Shown here: in pieces, positions 20,029-29,054 of the stretch
Position numbering within the stretch: position 1 is the stretch's first letter
Layout: each line of letters starts with the position of its first letter
Assembly (NCBI GenBank): GCA_041394285.1
Contig: JAWKIL010000009.1
Span: forward strand, 108,458 to 172,457
Origin: Acidimicrobiales bacterium
Lineage (GTDB): Bacteria > Actinomycetota > Acidimicrobiia > Acidimicrobiales > SZUA-35
Length of the DNA stretch: 64,000 nt
Reading direction: 5' to 3'
Made by a program: the position numbers and the translations under genes
Notes under the pieces: generated by a model
Told to the model about the DNA's origin: nothing
Seen by the model: only the letters and a program-made list of their open reading frames with translations
The model's database searches: none

Positions 20029-20883
20029 TCAGCTCTCGGCCGGCGGGCGGTCGTCGAGCTCGACCAGTACACCGTAGTGATCGGACGGCACGACCCCTCC
20101 GCCCCGGGGGATCGTTCCGATGAGCCGGGCCGACAGAGGGTTGCCGGTGGGCTTGGGCCGGGGCCAGCTCACAAGCACGTAGTCGAGCCGGCGACGGGGC
20201 CATAGCGCCTCCGAGGCGTTGGGATTGTCCCGGGTCCAGGTGAGGCCCGGCCCGTCGCCCACCGCGGCCCAGCAGTCGGTGAACACCAGGCCGGGCCGGT
20301 AGGGGGCGGCCAGGCCGGTGAGGCGACGGATCTCGTCGGACTCGGGAACGGCGTTGAGATCGCCCCCCAGGATCACGGGCGGATGGCGATCGGGGTCGTC
20401 GGGCAGGTGGCGGCCGATCAGATCCACCACCTCGGCCAGCTGGCGCTGGCGCAACTCGCTCTCGTCGTACCGCCAGGCGAGATGGGTGACCACCACGAGC
20501 CACGGCTCGGGCGGGGCGTCCACCCAGCACGCCATCACGCTGCGGTGCGAGGGCCGGCCGTCGGGCCCGACCAGCCGGACCGTCTCGGCCACCCGCAACG
20601 GCCACCGGCTGAGGATGGCGTTGCCGAACTGGTCGACGCTCCCGTCGAGGCCGTGGGTGCGGGCCAGGTGGAGCCCGGTGACTTCGGCCAAGTTCCTGGC
20701 CTGGTCCGAGGCGGTACCGGGTACAGACCCGACGTGCGGCGCGGACCGGTCCGATGGAGCGGCCCAGACTTCCTGCAGCAGAGCGAGATCGGGGGCCACG
20801 GCCACCAGTTCCTCGGCTATGGCGGGCTGGCGTTCCTCCCACGGCCCGAAGCGCCACCACAGATTCCACGTCACGACCCGCAT
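20029..20883 (-). CDS. Endonuclease/exonuclease/phosphatase (EEP) family protein
   Basis: MRVVTWNLWWRFGPWEERQ, DLALLQEVW, ILGGDLNA and a C-terminal PSDHYGV are present. The start could also be 20904 or 20931. Confidence 0.8.
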   Translation of the reverse strand: MRVVTWNLWWRFGPWEERQPAIAEELVAVAPDLALLQEVWAAPSDRSAPHVGSVPGTASDQARNLAEVTGLHLARTHGLDGSVDQFGNAILSRWPLRVAETVRLVGPDGRPSHRSVMACWVDAPPEPWLVVVTHLAWRYDESELRQRQLAEVVDLIGRHLPDDPDRHPPVILGGDLNAVPESDEIRRLTGLAAPYRPGLVFTDCWAAVGDGPGLTWTRDNPNASEALWPRRRLDYVLVSWPRPKPTGNPLSARLIGTIPRGGGVVPSDHYGVLVELDDRPPAES

Positions 20884-20931
20884 ACCGCATCCGAGGCTAG
20901 CCATCGATCGGATGATCTGTATGCCTAACAT

Positions 20932-20959
20932 TTGACCGATCGCTCAGCCTTGCTAGACT
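20932..20959 (+). promoter_or_regulatory. Sigma-70-like promoter candidate for the WhiB-family gene
   Basis: The pattern is TTGACC, a 16-nt spacer, then TAGACT. It lies 58 nt upstream of the ATG, which has a GGGAGG RBS. Confidence 0.4.
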
Positions 20960-21016
20960 TGAGCACGGACGCCTACCCGGGCACCCGCCCCCGTCGGCGC
21001 TCACCAGGGAGGTGCC

Positions 21017-21361
21017 ATGGACACCGAGTACGGCCTACACCCCGAGACCGATGTGAGTTGGGCCGACCAGGCGATATGCCGTGGCCTCACCCATGTGTTC
21101 TTCGGCCCGGCCTCCGAGCGGCCCGAGCGCCGGGCGGAACGGGAGGCCATCGCCGCCAGCTACTGCATGGCCTGCCCGGTCATGCTCCCATGCCGGCGGA
21201 CGGCCCGGCTGAACCGGGAACACGGGTTCTGGGGCTGCGAGAACGACGAACAGCGGGCGGCGGCCGGTTTCGCCCCCCGCTCCCCCAGCCGCCGGGCCGT
21301 CATCCAGGCCCGCGACAATGCCCGCCGGGAGGCCGACGGGCGAGTGCCGGTCAGGCACTGA
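21017..21361 (+). CDS. WhiB-family transcriptional regulator
   Basis: Four Cys residues follow the WhiB pattern (C...C-X2-C-X5-C: AICRG...YCMACPVMLPC), followed by HGFWGCEND. Confidence 0.85.
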   Translation: MDTEYGLHPETDVSWADQAICRGLTHVFFGPASERPERRAEREAIAASYCMACPVMLPCRRTARLNREHGFWGCENDEQRAAAGFAPRSPSRRAVIQARDNARREADGRVPVRH

Positions 21362-21493
21362 CCGGCACGACCCGTCGACGCCGGGGCCGGCTCACCGGTC
21401 TCGGGATCGGGGCGTCGCCCTATCCTCGACCTCATCGCTGCTGACGCCATCCTGCTGCTGTCGTTCGGAGGCCCGGAAGGGCCCGACGACGTC

Positions 21494-22492
21494 ATGCCCT
21501 TCCTCCGTAACGTCACCCGGGGTCGGGACGTCTCCGACGAGCGCCTGGCCGTCGTGGCCGAGCAGTACGCCCTCTTCGGCGGGCGGTCGCCCCTGAACGA
21601 CCAGTGCCGGGATCTGCTGGCTGCACTTCGCCCCGAGCTCGACGACCACGGCATCGACCTGCCCCTGTACTGGGGCAACCGGAACTGGGACCCCTACCTG
21701 GCCGACACGGTGGCGGCCATGGCGGCCGACGGGGTGACCGACGCCCTCGTGTTCGCCACCTCGGCCTTCGGCACCTATTCCGGCTGCCGCCAGTACCGGG
21801 AGGACATGGAACGGGCGGCGGCCGCGGTCGACAGCCAGGGCGGCCCCGCCGCCCCCCGATTGTCGAAGCTCCGGCTGTTCTACAACCACCCGGGCTTCGT
21901 GGAGGCGGCGGCCGACCGGCTGGTCACCGCCGTCGGCGGCACCCCGCCCGGGGCCGCCGACCGGATCGTCTTCACCGCCCACTCCATCCCCCGCTCGATG
22001 GCCGCCGGCTGCTCCTACGAGGAGCAGCTGCACGAGGCGGCCCGCCTCGTGCTCGGGGCCGCCGGCTGGGGCGACGTGGAGCACGACGTGGTCTTCCAGA
22101 GTCGCAGCGGCCCACCCCAGGTGCCGTGGCTCGAGCCCGACGTCAACGACCACCTCCGGGCGCTGGCCGCTGCCGGGACGGAGCGCGTGGTGCTGGTACC
22201 GATCGGGTTCGTATCGGACCACATGGAGGTCGTGTTCGACCTCGACACCCAGGCCCGGGCCACGGCCGACGAGCTCGGCCTGGAGCTGGTGCGGGTACCC
22301 ACGGTGGGAACCCATCCCCGGTTCGTGGCCGGTATCCGGGAGCTGATCGAGGAGCGCCTGCGCCCCGCCACCGCCCCCCGCCTGGCCCTGGGCGCCGACG
22401 GCCCCTGGCCCGACGAATGCCCCGCCGGCCACTGCCCCGCCCCCTCCGGCCGCCCGCCCCGGCCCGCCGACCAGGCCCGACCCGCCGAGTAG
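21494..22492 (+). CDS. hemH: Ferrochelatase (coproporphyrin ferrochelatase type)
   Basis: Matches include RNVTRGRDV..., YWGNRNW, FTAHSIP and LVPIGFVSDHMEV. The conserved N-terminal block ILLLSFGGPEGPDDV is encoded in-frame upstream of the first ATG/GTG/TTG, so the true start is unresolved. Confidence 0.8.
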   Translation: MPFLRNVTRGRDVSDERLAVVAEQYALFGGRSPLNDQCRDLLAALRPELDDHGIDLPLYWGNRNWDPYLADTVAAMAADGVTDALVFATSAFGTYSGCRQYREDMERAAAAVDSQGGPAAPRLSKLRLFYNHPGFVEAAADRLVTAVGGTPPGAADRIVFTAHSIPRSMAAGCSYEEQLHEAARLVLGAAGWGDVEHDVVFQSRSGPPQVPWLEPDVNDHLRALAAAGTERVVLVPIGFVSDHMEVVFDLDTQARATADELGLELVRVPTVGTHPRFVAGIRELIEERLRPATAPRLALGADGPWPDECPAGHCPAPSGRPPRPADQARPAE

Positions 22493-22537
22493 GCCTTACC
22501 CGCCGACCAGGCCCTACCCGCCGACTAGGCCTTACCC
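22463..22537. repeat. ~18-nt tandem repeat x4 spanning the ferrochelatase stop codon
   Basis: The units are cccgccgaccaggcccga, cccgccgagtaggccttac, ccgccgaccaggccctac and ccgccgactaggccttac. Confidence 0.75.
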
Positions 22538-22557
22538 GCCCGCCCGCTGGGTGGCCC

Positions 22558-22651
22558 GCTCGATCCGGGTCACGGTTCGAACCATGCCGCGAACCGTGCG
22601 CCCGGCGCTCGGACCGCGTACACGCTTCGAACTGTGTCGCGATCCGAGCGG
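22558..22651. repeat. ~94-nt palindromic intergenic element (copy A) downstream of the ADH gene
   Basis: The left unit gctcgatccgggtcacggttcgaac is the inverted copy of the right unit cttcgaactgtgtcgcgatccgagcgg. An inner hairpin is cacggttcg/cgaaccgtg. Confidence 0.65.
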
Positions 22652-22665
22652 CGGCGCGCCGGACC

Positions 22666-23763
22666 TCAGAACGTGAGGACCGCCCGGCCGGCGATGCGGC
22701 CCTGCTCCAGATCGTGGACGGCGTCGTTGATGCCGTCGATGGGGTAGCGGGCCGTCACCAGCGAAGCCAGGTCGAGCTGGCCGTTGGCCTGCCAGTCGAG
22801 GAACCGGGGGAAGTCCTCGCCCGGCGAGCAGCTGCCCCCGAGACTGCACCGGTAGCTCCGCTCGCCGATGAACATCAGCCGGCTGTCGAGCTCGATCGGC
22901 GTCTGGGGCACGCCCACCAGCACGGCGGTGCCGCCCCGGGTGAGCCCGAACTCGCCGGCCCGCACGACTTCGGAGATCTGGCGCATGGTCGCCGGCACCC
23001 CGATGCAGTCGAAGGCGTAGTCGACGCCCTCCAGCGGGTTGCGCAGGATGTCGAACCGGCCGTCCTGACGGGTCATGGCCCGGATGGTGGCCACGGCGTC
23101 GACCTTGCCGGCGTTGACGCCATGGGTGGCCCCGAACCGCTTGGCGAAGTCGAGCTTCTCGTCGTCGAGGTCGACGGCGATGATCGGATCGGCCCCGCAC
23201 GCCTTGGCCGCCGCCACCGCGCTGAGCCCCACGCCGCCCACGCCGAAGATGGCCACGCTGTCGCCCGGCTGGACCTGGGCCGTGTGGAGCACGGCCCCGG
23301 CTCCGGTGATCACGGCGCAGCCGATGATGGCGGTCGACTCCCGGTCGATGCCGTCGGGCACCTTCACCACGAACATCTCGTCGGCCACGGTGTGGGTGGC
23401 CCAGGTGAACACGTTGAGGGTGGCGGCCCGGCGGCCGTCGGGGAGCTCGAGCTGGAGGGCGGCGCCCTGGCGGCGCGCCGTCCGTTCGTCCTTGGGCACC
23501 CAGGTCACCATCACCGTGTCGCCCACGGCCAGGTCCTCCACCGCCGAGCCGACGGCCAGCACCCGGCCCGTCGACTCGTGGCCCAGGATGGCCGGCGCCG
23601 TGCGGGGGTTGTGGATCGTGTGCAGCTGGCTGTGGCACACGCCGGAGGCGAACTGCTCCACCACCACCTGATGGGGGCCGGGATCGGGAAGTTCGAGGTC
23701 GACGACCTCCAGCGGCTCCCCCTGTTCCTGGGGCACGACGACGACTCGGGCTGGCGTGGGCAT
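22666..23763 (-). CDS. Zinc-dependent alcohol dehydrogenase (MDR superfamily)
   Basis: GVCHSQLH (catalytic Zn site), the Rossmann motif FGVGGVGLSAV, and the N-terminal GEPLEVVDLELPDPGPHQVVV are present. The ATG at 23763 follows AAGAGG. Confidence 0.85.
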   Translation of the reverse strand: MPTPARVVVVPQEQGEPLEVVDLELPDPGPHQVVVEQFASGVCHSQLHTIHNPRTAPAILGHESTGRVLAVGSAVEDLAVGDTVMVTWVPKDERTARRQGAALQLELPDGRRAATLNVFTWATHTVADEMFVVKVPDGIDRESTAIIGCAVITGAGAVLHTAQVQPGDSVAIFGVGGVGLSAVAAAKACGADPIIAVDLDDEKLDFAKRFGATHGVNAGKVDAVATIRAMTRQDGRFDILRNPLEGVDYAFDCIGVPATMRQISEVVRAGEFGLTRGGTAVLVGVPQTPIELDSRLMFIGERSYRCSLGGSCSPGEDFPRFLDWQANGQLDLASLVTARYPIDGINDAVHDLEQGRIAGRAVLTF

Positions 23764-23880
23764 GGCGGCCTCTTCTCTCGGCTTCTCGGGGCTCATCTCG
23801 ACTTGGTCACGGGCGGCCGGGTGGCGCCCGGTTCGCTCCGCCCATCATGTCCGAGCGGCTCCCGATGACGCCAAGGAGCT

Positions 23881-23966
23881 CGCTCGATCCGCGACACGGT
23901 TCGAAGCGGGTACGCGATCCGAGCGGTGGGCGCGCAGCACGCGACGCGGTTGGAACTGTGTCGCGG
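23881..23966. repeat. ~86-nt palindromic intergenic element (copy B), related to 22558-22651, upstream of the ADH gene
   Basis: It contains cgctcgatccgcgacacggttcgaag (an inverted unit), gtacgcgatccgagcgg and ggttggaactgtgtcgcgg (forward units). Confidence 0.65.
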
Positions 23967-23978
23967 TGGGTGCGGCGC

Positions 23979-25553
23979 TCAGGCCAGGGTGAGGCGGCGG
24001 ACCGAGCCGTCGCCGTCGCAGCCCACCAGCACCCCGTCGCCGTCGCTGTGCAGCGGGGTGAAGGCGTGGGGCGCCCGGGCCCCCTCCACGGCCAGGCCGA
24101 TGGGGGCACCGGTCACGAGGTCCCGGCGCTGACCCGAGACCGGGTCGAGGCCCACCACGGCCCGCCGGGACGGGTCTGCCACCACCACCGTGACGGCCCC
24201 GCCCCCGGCGGGGATCACGGCGACGCCCTGCGGGGTGCCGAAGCCGTCGTGGCGGGCGGTCACCGAACCGTCCCGCACGGCGCACACCGCCCCGGCGGCG
24301 CTGGTGACCCACAGGGTGCCGTCGGCCGCCTCGGCCACCGACTGGGGCCGGTCGAGCCCGGTGACCACCGGCTCCATACCTCCCTCGCCGTCGATCCGGC
24401 TCACGCGACCCGCCTTGGACTCGACCAGCCAGGCTCCGCCCCCGGCCGCCGACACCAGGGCCGTGGCCCCTTCCAGCCGGCCGGCCACCGAGTCGAGCCG
24501 CCCGTCGGGCCGGCGCCGCAGCACCTGGCCCCGGGCCAGCAGCACCAGAGGATCGCTCCCGACGTGGGCCACATCGACGGCCATGGCCGGCAGATCGGCC
24601 AGGAGGCTCATGATCACGGTGGACTCGCCGGCCGGGCTGGTGCGGTTGACGGCCAGGGCGTCGGCGCTGAGCAGGGAGCCGTCGGCCATCCGGTCGAGGC
24701 CGAACGGCCCCACCAGACCCGAGGGCGACAGCACCCGCTCCACCCCGCCCGTCACCTCGGCCACCCGGCCGTCGGTGAAGTGCGAGACGAACAGCCGGCC
24801 GTCGGCGGCGATGGCGAAGTTGTCGATGCCGGGGTTGACCTGGATGACGGTCTCCCGGGCCCCGGAGGCCAGGTCGATCCGGGTGAGGCGGCCGCTCCCG
24901 CCCTCGCTGGTGAGGAGCCGCCCCTGAGCGTCGAACTTCACCGCCGTGGGCGTGGCCAGGTCGGTGATGCGACGCTCCAGCGTCCGGCGGTCGAGGTCGT
25001 AGCGCCAGATCTCGCCCACCAGCACCTGCGGGAACCACAGGGCGCCATCGGGCCCCATGGCGAAGGCGTTGGGCATCGCCAGGTCGTCGGCCAGGACCAC
25101 CGGGTCCCTCTCCCCCGCCGGGTCGAGCTCCAGCAGGCGGCCACCGGGGCGGAACTCGTCGGCGAACAGGCGGCGGCGGTCGTGGCTGACCGTCATCCCG
25201 TTGACCCCGGGCAGGTCGTCCCGCAGGGTGCGGTAGGTGCCGTCGGGCTGGCGGGCCGAGACCGTGGCGTTCATGGGCTCGGTGGCGAAGAACGTGCCGT
25301 CGACCCCGAAGGCCCCGTCGTCGGGGGCGGCGATGCCCCCGCCCAGCGCGGCGAAGGCCGTGTGCTCACCCGAGTCGACGTCGATGGCGGTGACCTGGGA
25401 GCCGAACACCTGGGTGACCATCAGGCGGCCGTCGGGCGACCACACGATCCCGTTGGCCCCGCCCAGGCGGGCCGGGGCCACGACGGTGTCGAACCGGCAC
25501 CCGCGGGCCACGGTCACCGGGTCGCTGACATAGGTGGTCCAACGGTCGCTCAT
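23979..25553 (-). CDS. SMP-30/gluconolactonase/LRE-like beta-propeller protein
   Basis: 524 aa. Blade-like repeats recur: GIVWSPDGRLMV, NGMTVSHDRRRLF, PNAFAMGPDGALW, DNFAIAADGRLFVS, GVAVIPAGGG. The ATG at 25553 follows gaagggga. Confidence 0.65.
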   Translation of the reverse strand: MSDRWTTYVSDPVTVARGCRFDTVVAPARLGGANGIVWSPDGRLMVTQVFGSQVTAIDVDSGEHTAFAALGGGIAAPDDGAFGVDGTFFATEPMNATVSARQPDGTYRTLRDDLPGVNGMTVSHDRRRLFADEFRPGGRLLELDPAGERDPVVLADDLAMPNAFAMGPDGALWFPQVLVGEIWRYDLDRRTLERRITDLATPTAVKFDAQGRLLTSEGGSGRLTRIDLASGARETVIQVNPGIDNFAIAADGRLFVSHFTDGRVAEVTGGVERVLSPSGLVGPFGLDRMADGSLLSADALAVNRTSPAGESTVIMSLLADLPAMAVDVAHVGSDPLVLLARGQVLRRRPDGRLDSVAGRLEGATALVSAAGGGAWLVESKAGRVSRIDGEGGMEPVVTGLDRPQSVAEAADGTLWVTSAAGAVCAVRDGSVTARHDGFGTPQGVAVIPAGGGAVTVVVADPSRRAVVGLDPVSGQRRDLVTGAPIGLAVEGARAPHAFTPLHSDGDGVLVGCDGDGSVRRLTLA

Positions 25554-25688
25554 CAACAGGTCCCCTTCGGTCGATCGCCCCCCCCGGGGCCGCAGCCTAG
25601 GCGGCGTGGCGGCCGGGGCTGAATGCCGGGCGCAGATTGAGGTACCGTCTGGGGTGAGGACCAGACCCGAGGGGGTGGCGGCCACACC

Positions 25689-25937
25689 ATGAGCGGACCC
25701 GGGAGGCGACCGGACGGCGAGGGCGAGGCCGACGTGCGCTGCACGGCGCTGGACAGCCGCGACGACTGGGCCGCCCTCGTGGTCACCCCGCCCTGTGACT
25801 GCCCCCGGTGCCGGGGCGAGGCGGTCTACCGGCCGGTCCCCGTCGACGACGGTTGGCTCCGCATGAGCGGCACCACCCAGCGCCTACGGGTGGCCCGCTT
25901 CGAGCTGGGCGACACCGGGCGGGCCGTTCTGGGCTGA
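25689..25937 (+). CDS. Small Cys-containing hypothetical protein (possible zinc ribbon)
   Basis: 82 aa with strong GC3 bias. It has a Cys upstream plus CDCPRC. No family was recognised. Confidence 0.4.
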   Translation: MSGPGRRPDGEGEADVRCTALDSRDDWAALVVTPPCDCPRCRGEAVYRPVPVDDGWLRMSGTTQRLRVARFELGDTGRAVLG

Positions 25938-25957
25938 GGGCCGCCGCTCCCGGCCGA

Positions 25958-26902
25958 TCACGACGGGGCGGCCTGCGCCAGGAGCCCGGCGTCGTGGGCG
26001 GCACCGTCGAGCCCGAACAGGGTGCCGGCGGCCTGGTGGGCCCGCAGGAGCCGCTCGCCGGCCTCGAACCCGGCCAGCAGCGCCGACTTGGCCAGGACCT
26101 CGGCCCACCAGGCGGCGCCGGTGGCCACCACGACCGTGCCCACGGCGGAGACCGACGGGGCTCCCGTGGTGGGATCGAGGAGATGGTGGCGGTCGCCCTG
26201 ACCGGTCGACCACCGCCGCTGCAGCTGGCTGCTGGTGGCCACGCCACCGTCGGCGAACCCGAAGCGGAACAGGTCGCGCCCGCGCTGGGCGGGGTCGTCG
26301 ATGGCCACGGCCCAGGTCGGGCCGCCGTCGGGATGCTCGCCGGTGACCCGCAGGTCGCCGCCCAGCTCCACCATGGCCCCCTCCGCCCCTCGCATCATCA
26401 GCTCGGTGGCGACCATGTCGGCGGCCAGTCCCTTGCCGATGCCTCCCGGGTCGAAGGCCACACCGGGCGGCAGCGCCACCAGGTTCACCCCCGCCTCGAG
26501 GGAGATGTCGCCGCAGCGAGACCACCGCTGGCCGGGGCCGGAAGCCTCCGGGGCCGGCAGCGGCGGCACCGTGGCGTCGGCCGGGGGTAGCCGCCCGTAG
26601 CTGCGGTCGTAGCCCTCGGCCACCAACTCGCCGAGCATCGTCGGATCGAACCAGCCGTCGGTCGCCGACCAGGCCTCGACCGCATGGTGGATCAGGGTGA
26701 AGGTGTCGGCCGACACGATCGTGGGCACGCCGCCGGCCCGGTTGAGGGCGCAGATCTCGCTGTCGGGCAGGAAGCGGCTCCAGCGGGCCTCCAGTCCCTC
26801 GAGGCGGCGCTGGGCCCACACCGTCAGCTTGTCGGCGTCGGGTCCGGTGACGACCACCCGGGCCCGGTTGCCCATCACGTGGAAGGTCACGTCGTCGTGC
26901 AT
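25958..26902 (-). CDS. apbE: FAD:protein FMN transferase (ApbE family)
   Basis: SEICALNRAGG, DPGGIGKGLAADMV and GGDLRV are present. The start ATG at 26902 (MHDDVTFHVMG) gives no signal peptide or lipobox. Confidence 0.85.
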   Translation of the reverse strand: MHDDVTFHVMGNRARVVVTGPDADKLTVWAQRRLEGLEARWSRFLPDSEICALNRAGGVPTIVSADTFTLIHHAVEAWSATDGWFDPTMLGELVAEGYDRSYGRLPPADATVPPLPAPEASGPGQRWSRCGDISLEAGVNLVALPPGVAFDPGGIGKGLAADMVATELMMRGAEGAMVELGGDLRVTGEHPDGGPTWAVAIDDPAQRGRDLFRFGFADGGVATSSQLQRRWSTGQGDRHHLLDPTTGAPSVSAVGTVVVATGAAWWAEVLAKSALLAGFEAGERLLRAHQAAGTLFGLDGAAHDAGLLAQAAPS

Positions 26903-26978
26903 GCGATCGCTCCTCGTTTCGCTCCGTGCCGGCCGACGGCCGGGGCGGGTCCGCCGACCCGCCCCGACCGCACGGTGA

Positions 26979-27839
26979 TCAGGCGCCGCTGGGAGCCGAC
27001 TTGGCCGGAGCCGTGGTCGATTCCGACACCGACGGGGTGATCGTGCCACCCGACGGCGAGACGAACGAGGCCACCGGGGCGCCGTTGGTCATCGTCACCG
27101 TGAAGTCGCTCTCACCCGAGGCGTCCTGGATGAGGACCACGACCTTGGCTCCGGTCCTGGTCTTGGCGTACCACTGGTAGCCGGGGGTGTTGATGGCCCA
27201 GTAGGTGAGCACGCCGTTGTTCAGCTCCACCGTGAACGTCCCGGCGGGGGTCGTGTAGGTGAGGTACCTGGCCGCCGGAGCCGGCGGCAGGGTGCTGGGC
27301 GGCACCGTGGTGGGCGGCTGGGTGGGAGGCATCGTCGGGGGCGTGGTGGGCTGGGTGCCGCCGCTGCCCGGAGTGGACGGCGGCGGGGCCACGGTCACCG
27401 TGGGCCCGGTGGCGGTGGTGGTCGGGGCCATGGTCGGCGTCGGCCCCGGGGCGGGCGTGACGGGACGAGCGGCCGCCGTGCACCGGCCGAGGTCGGCCTC
27501 CACCGTCAGGCGACCCCTGCGCTCTCCGTTCAGACGGAACGAGACCTTGCCCCGGTTGTCGAACACCACATCGACGCCCTTCTTGCGGCTATCGAGGTGG
27601 TTGGCGGGGCCGGTAACGGTGTTGATCGCCAGTTTCCCGGCCTCCACCGCATAGCGGATCTCGAACTTCTCGCCGTTGCAGAATTCACCCGACCAGGCCC
27701 GCTCCCCTCCAGAGCTGATGGCGGCGTCGGATCGGTCCCGCTCCCCCCGCTCGCCGTCGGCCAGGGCCGGAGCCACCGTCCACGCCATGAACAGGGAGAA
27801 TAAGCCCGCGACAAGCAGGGCGAATTTCTTGATGGACAT
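26979..27839 (-). CDS. Secreted two-domain protein with Pro/Thr-rich linker (unknown function)
   Basis: The signal peptide is MSIKKFALLVAGLFSLFMAWTVAPALA. A central ~75-aa P/T linker separates the two domains. It lies directly upstream of apbE on the same strand. Confidence 0.65.
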   Translation of the reverse strand: MSIKKFALLVAGLFSLFMAWTVAPALADGERGERDRSDAAISSGGERAWSGEFCNGEKFEIRYAVEAGKLAINTVTGPANHLDSRKKGVDVVFDNRGKVSFRLNGERRGRLTVEADLGRCTAAARPVTPAPGPTPTMAPTTTATGPTVTVAPPPSTPGSGGTQPTTPPTMPPTQPPTTVPPSTLPPAPAARYLTYTTPAGTFTVELNNGVLTYWAINTPGYQWYAKTRTGAKVVVLIQDASGESDFTVTMTNGAPVASFVSPSGGTITPSVSESTTAPAKSAPSGA

Positions 27840-28037
27840 GAAAGTACAACCTCGCAGTTAGTTGACGTCTGCCCCGCGCGGAGAGCGCGACATTCAACAA
27901 CCGACGCTCGGCGCGCTTGGGTCACGCGCACCGAACCAACGGTTGGATTCGCTCTCCTTCGATGGGCTAGACGACGCCGACCGCCGCGAGGGTTTGGACA
28001 AATCCGGGAAATTTTCCCTATGCCCTGTTCTCCCTGC

Positions 28038-28985
28038 TCAGTCGAACGAGATGATGCACCGCCCCCGGGTGCCGCCGGCCTCGAGGCGCCGATGGGTCTC
28101 GGCCGCCTGCTCCGCCGGGTACACCTCGGCCACCCGGAGGGTCAGGGCGCCGCCTTCGGCCTGACGGCCGAGCCGGTCGAGCTTGGCCTGCTCCCGGGCG
28201 TAGTCGCGCACGAACGTGGCGGTGAACCCGATGCCCCGGACGCCGCCCTCGGGCCCGGTCCAGCCCCGGACCGAGGTGAACGACCCTCCGTCCCGCACGG
28301 CGTCGACCACCAGGTGGTTCTGCACCGACCCGTCGGCCAGCCCGTCCACCCCACCGGGGAACCGCCGGCGGATCTCGGCCGCCACGTCGTCGCCCCGGGG
28401 CACCACGATGTCGGCCCCCAGGGACTCGACGAGCTGGCGGTCGGCCTCGGAGGCGTCGGCGATCACCGTCAGACCGTCGGCCTTGGCCAGTTGCACCACG
28501 TACCCGCCATAGGCGCCCGCCGCCCCCGTCACGGCCAGGACCTGCCCGGGGGCCAGGGCCAGCAGGTCGAGCGAGAGGCGGGCCGTGAGACCGTTCATGG
28601 GGAGGGTGGCGGCCTCGGCGTGGGACGACCCGGCGGGGGCCCGGGCCACCGAGGCGGCCGGCACCACCAGGCTCTCCCGATAGGCGCCGTGGGCCCCCTT
28701 GGGCAGCACGATGGCCATGGCCCGGTCACCCACCTGAAGATCGGTGACGGCGCCGGGGCCGATCTCGTCGACCACCCCGGCGGCATCCATGCCCGGCACG
28801 TAGGGCGGCGGGTCGACCTTCTGCTGCTCGGCCCGCGACCCGTTGCGGGCCAGGGTGTCGGTGGGGTTCACGGCAGCGGCGTACACCCGCAGCCGGATCT
28901 GCCCCTCCCCGGCGTGCTCCTCCGGCACGTCCACCACCTGCAGGGCCTCCGGCCCTCCGTACTCGATCACCCCGACTGCTCGCAT
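28038..28985 (-). CDS. NADPH:quinone oxidoreductase-like zinc-binding dehydrogenase (MDR)
   Basis: [30 protein letters not shown] and [20 protein letters not shown] are present. Confidence 0.85.
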   Translation of the reverse strand: MRAVGVIEYGGPEALQVVDVPEEHAGEGQIRLRVYAAAVNPTDTLARNGSRAEQQKVDPPPYVPGMDAAGVVDEIGPGAVTDLQVGDRAMAIVLPKGAHGAYRESLVVPAASVARAPAGSSHAEAATLPMNGLTARLSLDLLALAPGQVLAVTGAAGAYGGYVVQLAKADGLTVIADASEADRQLVESLGADIVVPRGDDVAAEIRRRFPGGVDGLADGSVQNHLVVDAVRDGGSFTSVRGWTGPEGGVRGIGFTATFVRDYAREQAKLDRLGRQAEGGALTLRVAEVYPAEQAAETHRRLEAGGTRGRCIISFD

Positions 28986-29054
28986 TGGCGCGACGCTAGC
29001 TGCTGGCTCGCCGGCCAGGGGATCCCGGTGCCGGCCGGCGGCCGGTGGTGGACC

